NCBI GenBank assembly: GCA_965209055.1
Contig: OZ242374.1
Location: 2,464,001 to 2,528,000 of the forward strand
Source of the DNA: Acidobacteriota bacterium
GTDB taxonomy: Bacteria; Acidobacteriota; UBA6911; RPQK01; JAJDTT01
Direction: 5' to 3'
Length of the DNA: 64,000 nucleotides
Shown: positions 60,782-64,000 of the stretch, in pieces
How positions within the stretch are numbered: position 1 is the first letter of the stretch
Layout: every line of letters starts with the position of its first letter
Translations under genes and position numbers: made by a program
The notes under the pieces: model-generated
Told to the model about the DNA's origin: nothing
The model's input: only the letters and a program-made list of their open reading frames with translations
Databases searched by the model: none

Positions 60782-60868
60782 GCCCGGGTGGCGAAACCGG
60801 CAGACGCGCGGGACTTAAAATCCTGTGGAGGTTCTCCCTCCATGTGGGTTCGACTCCCACCCCGGGCA
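60782..60868 (+). tRNA. tRNA-Leu (anticodon TAA), CCA not encoded
   Basis: Acceptor stem GCCCGGG/CCCGGGC-A, anticodon loop CT-TAA-AA, long variable arm, GGTTCGACTCC T-arm. Confidence 0.9.
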
Positions 60869-60979
60869 CTCTTTGAAAGCCCCCCGCCACAGGCCGCCCA
60901 GGAGATTGAAAGCCGGTTCCGTTCCCTTCCAGGCGATCTCTGGATGTCTTGGGTTTTTTCAACGGGAAACGAGCTGGCG

Positions 60980-62230
60980 CTAGAGACCACCGCTCAGGTG
61001 GATTCCTGAGTCTTGATCCAGTCGCTTTGGATGCGTCGGAACGGCATCAGTTTTCAGTTGATCGAGGTAGTCGGCCCACTCCTGCATCATCTTTCGCCGT
61101 TCCGGCAGATAGGCCGTGCGGTTGTAGGCTCGGCCGTTGGGGTCCCGCACCGCGTGTGCCAACTGGTGCTCGATGAAGTCGGGACGAAAGCCCAGCACCT
61201 CATCCAGGATCGTTCTTGCCATCGCCCGAAACCCATGGCCCGTCATCTCCTCCTTGCCGACACCCATACGCCGCAGGGCGGCGAGAACGGCATTGTCGCT
61301 CATGGGCCGGTCTCCCCTCGGAGTGCGGGCACTCGGAAACACATAGCGCCCCTGCCCGGTCAGAGGGTGTAGTTCGCGCAGGATCTCCACCGCTTGGCGG
61401 GAGAGCGGAACGATATGGCGAATCTCGGTCTTGCTGACTGTGTAGCGCCACTCGGCCGCCTCCAGATCGATGTCCGACCACTGAGCTTGGCGTAACTCTC
61501 CAGGTCGAACGAAGACCAGCGGAGCGAAGCGCAGGGCACAGCGCACGATCAGTGTCCCTTGGTAGCCGTCCAAGACTCGCAGCAAGGGACCCACCTGCTT
61601 CGGTTCGGTGAGCGCTGCAAAGTGTTTGGTCCTGAACGGCGGCAACGCACCCCGTAAGTCACCCGAAGGGTCACGCTGTGCCCTTCCAGTGGCCACGGCA
61701 TAGCGAAATACTTGGCCGCAGATCTGAAGCGTCCGGTGGGCACTCTCCAGAGCCCCCCGTTGTTCGATCCGGCGAACGACCGTCAACAATTCGGGTGCGG
61801 TGATGGTAGACGCGGGGTTGCTGCCCATCCACGGGAAAACATCTCGCTCCAGTCGGCTGAGGACCCGGCTGGCATGACTGGTGGCCCAGTTGAGAGAATG
61901 TTTGCTGAACCATTCCCGCGCCACGGCTTCGAAGCTGTTGGCGGCCCCTTGCTCTTTCGCGGCCTTCTGCGCTTTGCGGTGCTCGCTGGGATTGATCCCC
62001 TGAGCCAATAGCCGGCGAGCCTCCTGGCGCCGAGTCCGGGCTTGTTTCAGAGATACGTCCGGATAGACACCCAGGGAGATCCGCTTCTCCTTGCCTGCGA
62101 AGCGGTATTTCAGGCGCCACCACTTGTTGCCGCGGGGAGTTAATTCCAAGTACAGACCGCCTCCGTCGAACATTTTTCGGGTCTTCGGCGAGGGTTTGGC
62201 ATGACGGATGGCAATGGCGGTGAGTGGCAT
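60980..62230 (-). CDS. Tyrosine integrase (P4/IntA family)
   Basis: DGGGLYL, WRLKYRF.GKEK..SLGVYP, VRPGE, HGFRAMART, QLAH, AYNR. Confidence 0.95.
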   Translation of the reverse strand: MPLTAIAIRHAKPSPKTRKMFDGGGLYLELTPRGNKWWRLKYRFAGKEKRISLGVYPDVSLKQARTRRQEARRLLAQGINPSEHRKAQKAAKEQGAANSFEAVAREWFSKHSLNWATSHASRVLSRLERDVFPWMGSNPASTITAPELLTVVRRIEQRGALESAHRTLQICGQVFRYAVATGRAQRDPSGDLRGALPPFRTKHFAALTEPKQVGPLLRVLDGYQGTLIVRCALRFAPLVFVRPGELRQAQWSDIDLEAAEWRYTVSKTEIRHIVPLSRQAVEILRELHPLTGQGRYVFPSARTPRGDRPMSDNAVLAALRRMGVGKEEMTGHGFRAMARTILDEVLGFRPDFIEHQLAHAVRDPNGRAYNRTAYLPERRKMMQEWADYLDQLKTDAVPTHPKRLDQDSGIHLSGGL

Positions 62231-62392
62231 GGGGGCAACTCCTCTCGACAATTTCTAATCTGCCCCCAATATTGCCCCCAGATACCCCCGGATGTCAAGA
62301 ATACTATTGGAATAGGATAGGCGAAAATTCGAGCTAAATAGCTGTTGAATAGATACTTGATGGACTTTCATGGATCTCTATGGAAGAGGAAT

Positions 62393-62469
<77 letters not shown>

Positions 62470-62553
62470 TTGCAGAAACGAAAATTATAGCCCAGCCCGG
62501 AAGAACCTGGCAACCGGCCCCGGCCCCGTGGAGGCGCCTCCCGCTAGGGTAGA

Positions 62554-63018
62554 ATGAAGCCTGTGGCCAGGAACGTGGGGGTCGAAATACCTGAACGGAT
62601 CATCGCCGAGATCCGCAAGGATCCTCCGGTTTCCGAGGCCGTTCCGCTCGTCAGCGTCGACCCGGATGGGTATCCTCATGTCGCTCTCCTGTCCTATCTC
62701 GAACTGTTCCTCCAGGACGGGTCCCTCTGCTTTTTCGTCCACGGCGGGAGCCGTACGGGACGCTTCCTCAAATCCGGCCGACGCTGTACTCTCCTGTTCG
62801 TGAACCGCGACTACGTGGTCTACGTCAAGGGACGGGCTCGTTGGCAGGGGGACCGGGAGTCCTGCTCCGTTTTCCGGCTCCGGGTGGAGGCGGTGTTGGA
62901 AGACTCTCCGCTGCCCGAGGAAGGGGACGTGTTCCTGCAAAGCGGAATCCGGTTCGGAGCCGGTGAAGAATGGATTGAGAGTCGAGTCCGGTTGAGACGG
63001 AGGATGGTATGGAACTGA
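62554..63018 (+). CDS. Pyridoxamine 5'-phosphate oxidase-like FMN-binding protein
   Basis: LVSVDPDGYPHVALLS, SRTGRFL, VYVKG. Confidence 0.7.
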   Translation: MKPVARNVGVEIPERIIAEIRKDPPVSEAVPLVSVDPDGYPHVALLSYLELFLQDGSLCFFVHGGSRTGRFLKSGRRCTLLFVNRDYVVYVKGRARWQGDRESCSVFRLRVEAVLEDSPLPEEGDVFLQSGIRFGAGEEWIESRVRLRRRMVWN

Positions 63019-64000
63019 CGAATCACCGGGCCGACGCCGTTGTGGTCGGCGCCGGTCCCGGAGGCTACGCGGCCGCGTTCCGGGCGGCCGATCTGGGGCT
63101 CAAGGTGATCCTGGTGGACGCCCGGGGACGGCCCGGAGGCGTCTGTCTTCACGACGGCTGCATTCCCTCGAAGACGTTGCTCCATGTGGCCGGCCTGCTG
63201 GGACAGATCCGCGAGGCGGATCGGCTGGGGATCGAGGTGGGAGAGCCGAGGGTGAATCTGAAACGGCTCCGGGCCTGGAAGACCTCGGTCATCGACCGGC
63301 TCGCGTCCGGAGTTGCGGATCTGGCCCGGCGGCGCGGCGTGCAATCGATGTGGGGAAGAGCTCGATTCCTGTCCTCGGGCCGGCTCGCCGTGGAGGGCGA
63401 GGAAGCTGCGGAGATCGCCTTCGATCACGCGGTCCTGGCCACGGGGTCGCGCCCCGTGGTTCTGCCGGGCATGCCGCGAAACAGCTCCCGCCTCCTGGAC
63501 TCCACCAGTGCCCTCGACCTGGAGACGATTCCCGAAACCTTGTTGGTGATCGGCGGTGGCTACATTGGCCTGGAGCTGGGGACGGTCTACGCGGCTCTGG
63601 GAAGCCGGGTCACCGTGGTGGAGATGTTGGACGGGTTGCTTCCCGGCGTCGACCGCGATCTGGTCCGGCCTCTGGCGAAACGCCTTCAGAATCTATTCGA
63701 GGCCATCCATCTGCGGAGCCGGGTCGGCCGCGTTCGGGAAACGGACGGGGGACTGGAGGTCGATCTGGAGTTGCCGGGCCAGGCGGTTTCGCTCGTCTTC
63801 GATCAGGTGCTGGTGGCGGTGGGCCGCCGTCCCAACTCGGAAGGGCTGGGTCTGGAGAACACGGGGGTGAGGGTCGACGCCCAGGGCTTCATCCGGACCG
63901 ATTCCCAGTGCCGGACCGATGATCCGGCCATCTTCGCCATCGGCGACGTGGCAGGCCAACCCATGCTGGCTCACAAGGCGACGAGGGAAGCCAAGGTGGC
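63009..64000 (+). CDS. lpdA: Dihydrolipoyl dehydrogenase (runs off the window end; absent from the ORF track)
   Basis: VVGAGPGGYAAAFRAADLG, GGVCLHDGCIPSK, IGGGYIGLE, FAIGDV, MLAHKA. Confidence 0.95.
   Translation, partial: MELTNHRADAVVVGAGPGGYAAAFRAADLGLKVILVDARGRPGGVCLHDGCIPSKTLLHVAGLLGQIREADRLGIEVGEPRVNLKRLRAWKTSVIDRLASGVADLARRRGVQSMWGRARFLSSGRLAVEGEEAAEIAFDHAVLATGSRPVVLPGMPRNSSRLLDSTSALDLETIPETLLVIGGGYIGLELGTVYAALGSRVTVVEMLDGLLPGVDRDLVRPLAKRLQNLFEAIHLRSRVGRVRETDGGLEVDLELPGQAVSLVFDQVLVAVGRRPNSEGLGLENTGVRVDAQGFIRTDSQCRTDDPAIFAIGDVAGQPMLAHKATREAKV

Noticed and set aside
60845-60868. tRNA-Leu 3' end as the att site of a nested island
   Set aside because: No duplicated 3' fragment was found by eye, whereas the tRNA-Ile duplication explains the integrase; not checked computationally
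60574-60990. N-terminal extension of the 793-aa ORF
   Set aside because: It runs antisense through tRNA-Leu; a better start with an RBS lies at 60573

Overview
A 64-kb window from a GC-rich bacterium. The ADOP-type ABC permease cluster suggests Acidobacteriota, but this is inference. The backbone carries metabolic and envelope genes: hisG/hisI, a D-cysteine desulfhydrase-like enzyme, tandem PhoD paralogs, an SDR, a Kelch protein, a YfhO-like protein, two MORN-repeat paralogs, GNATs, a sialidase-like protein, BrnTA, a dipeptidase, a metallophosphoesterase and lpdA. Two tyrosine-integrase islands interrupt it. Island 1 (about 10.5-21.35 kb) is bounded by a 12-bp direct repeat and splits a roughly 166-bp palindromic MITE-like repeat in two. 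It carries a type ISP/IIG-like restriction-modification enzyme, a Ser/Thr kinase-TPR protein and a small PD-(D/E)XK-like protein. Island 2 (about 35.4-62.4 kb) is integrated at the 3' end of tRNA-Ile(GAT), with a 14-bp att repeat. It carries its own tRNA-Leu(TAA), an ArdC fusion and conjugation remnants. It also carries a sigma54/NtrC-type two-component system with a MacAB-TolC-like exporter. Its lower-GC, sigma54-driven cluster is built around a small secreted 8-Cys peptide, with a redoxin (IS5-disrupted), a beta-propeller protein, DUF1573, a GT-C glycosyltransferase, a sialyltransferase-like protein and a NeuA-like cytidylyltransferase. This peptide cluster is the best candidate for an undescribed system. 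All calls come from motif reading by eye; no database searches were run.
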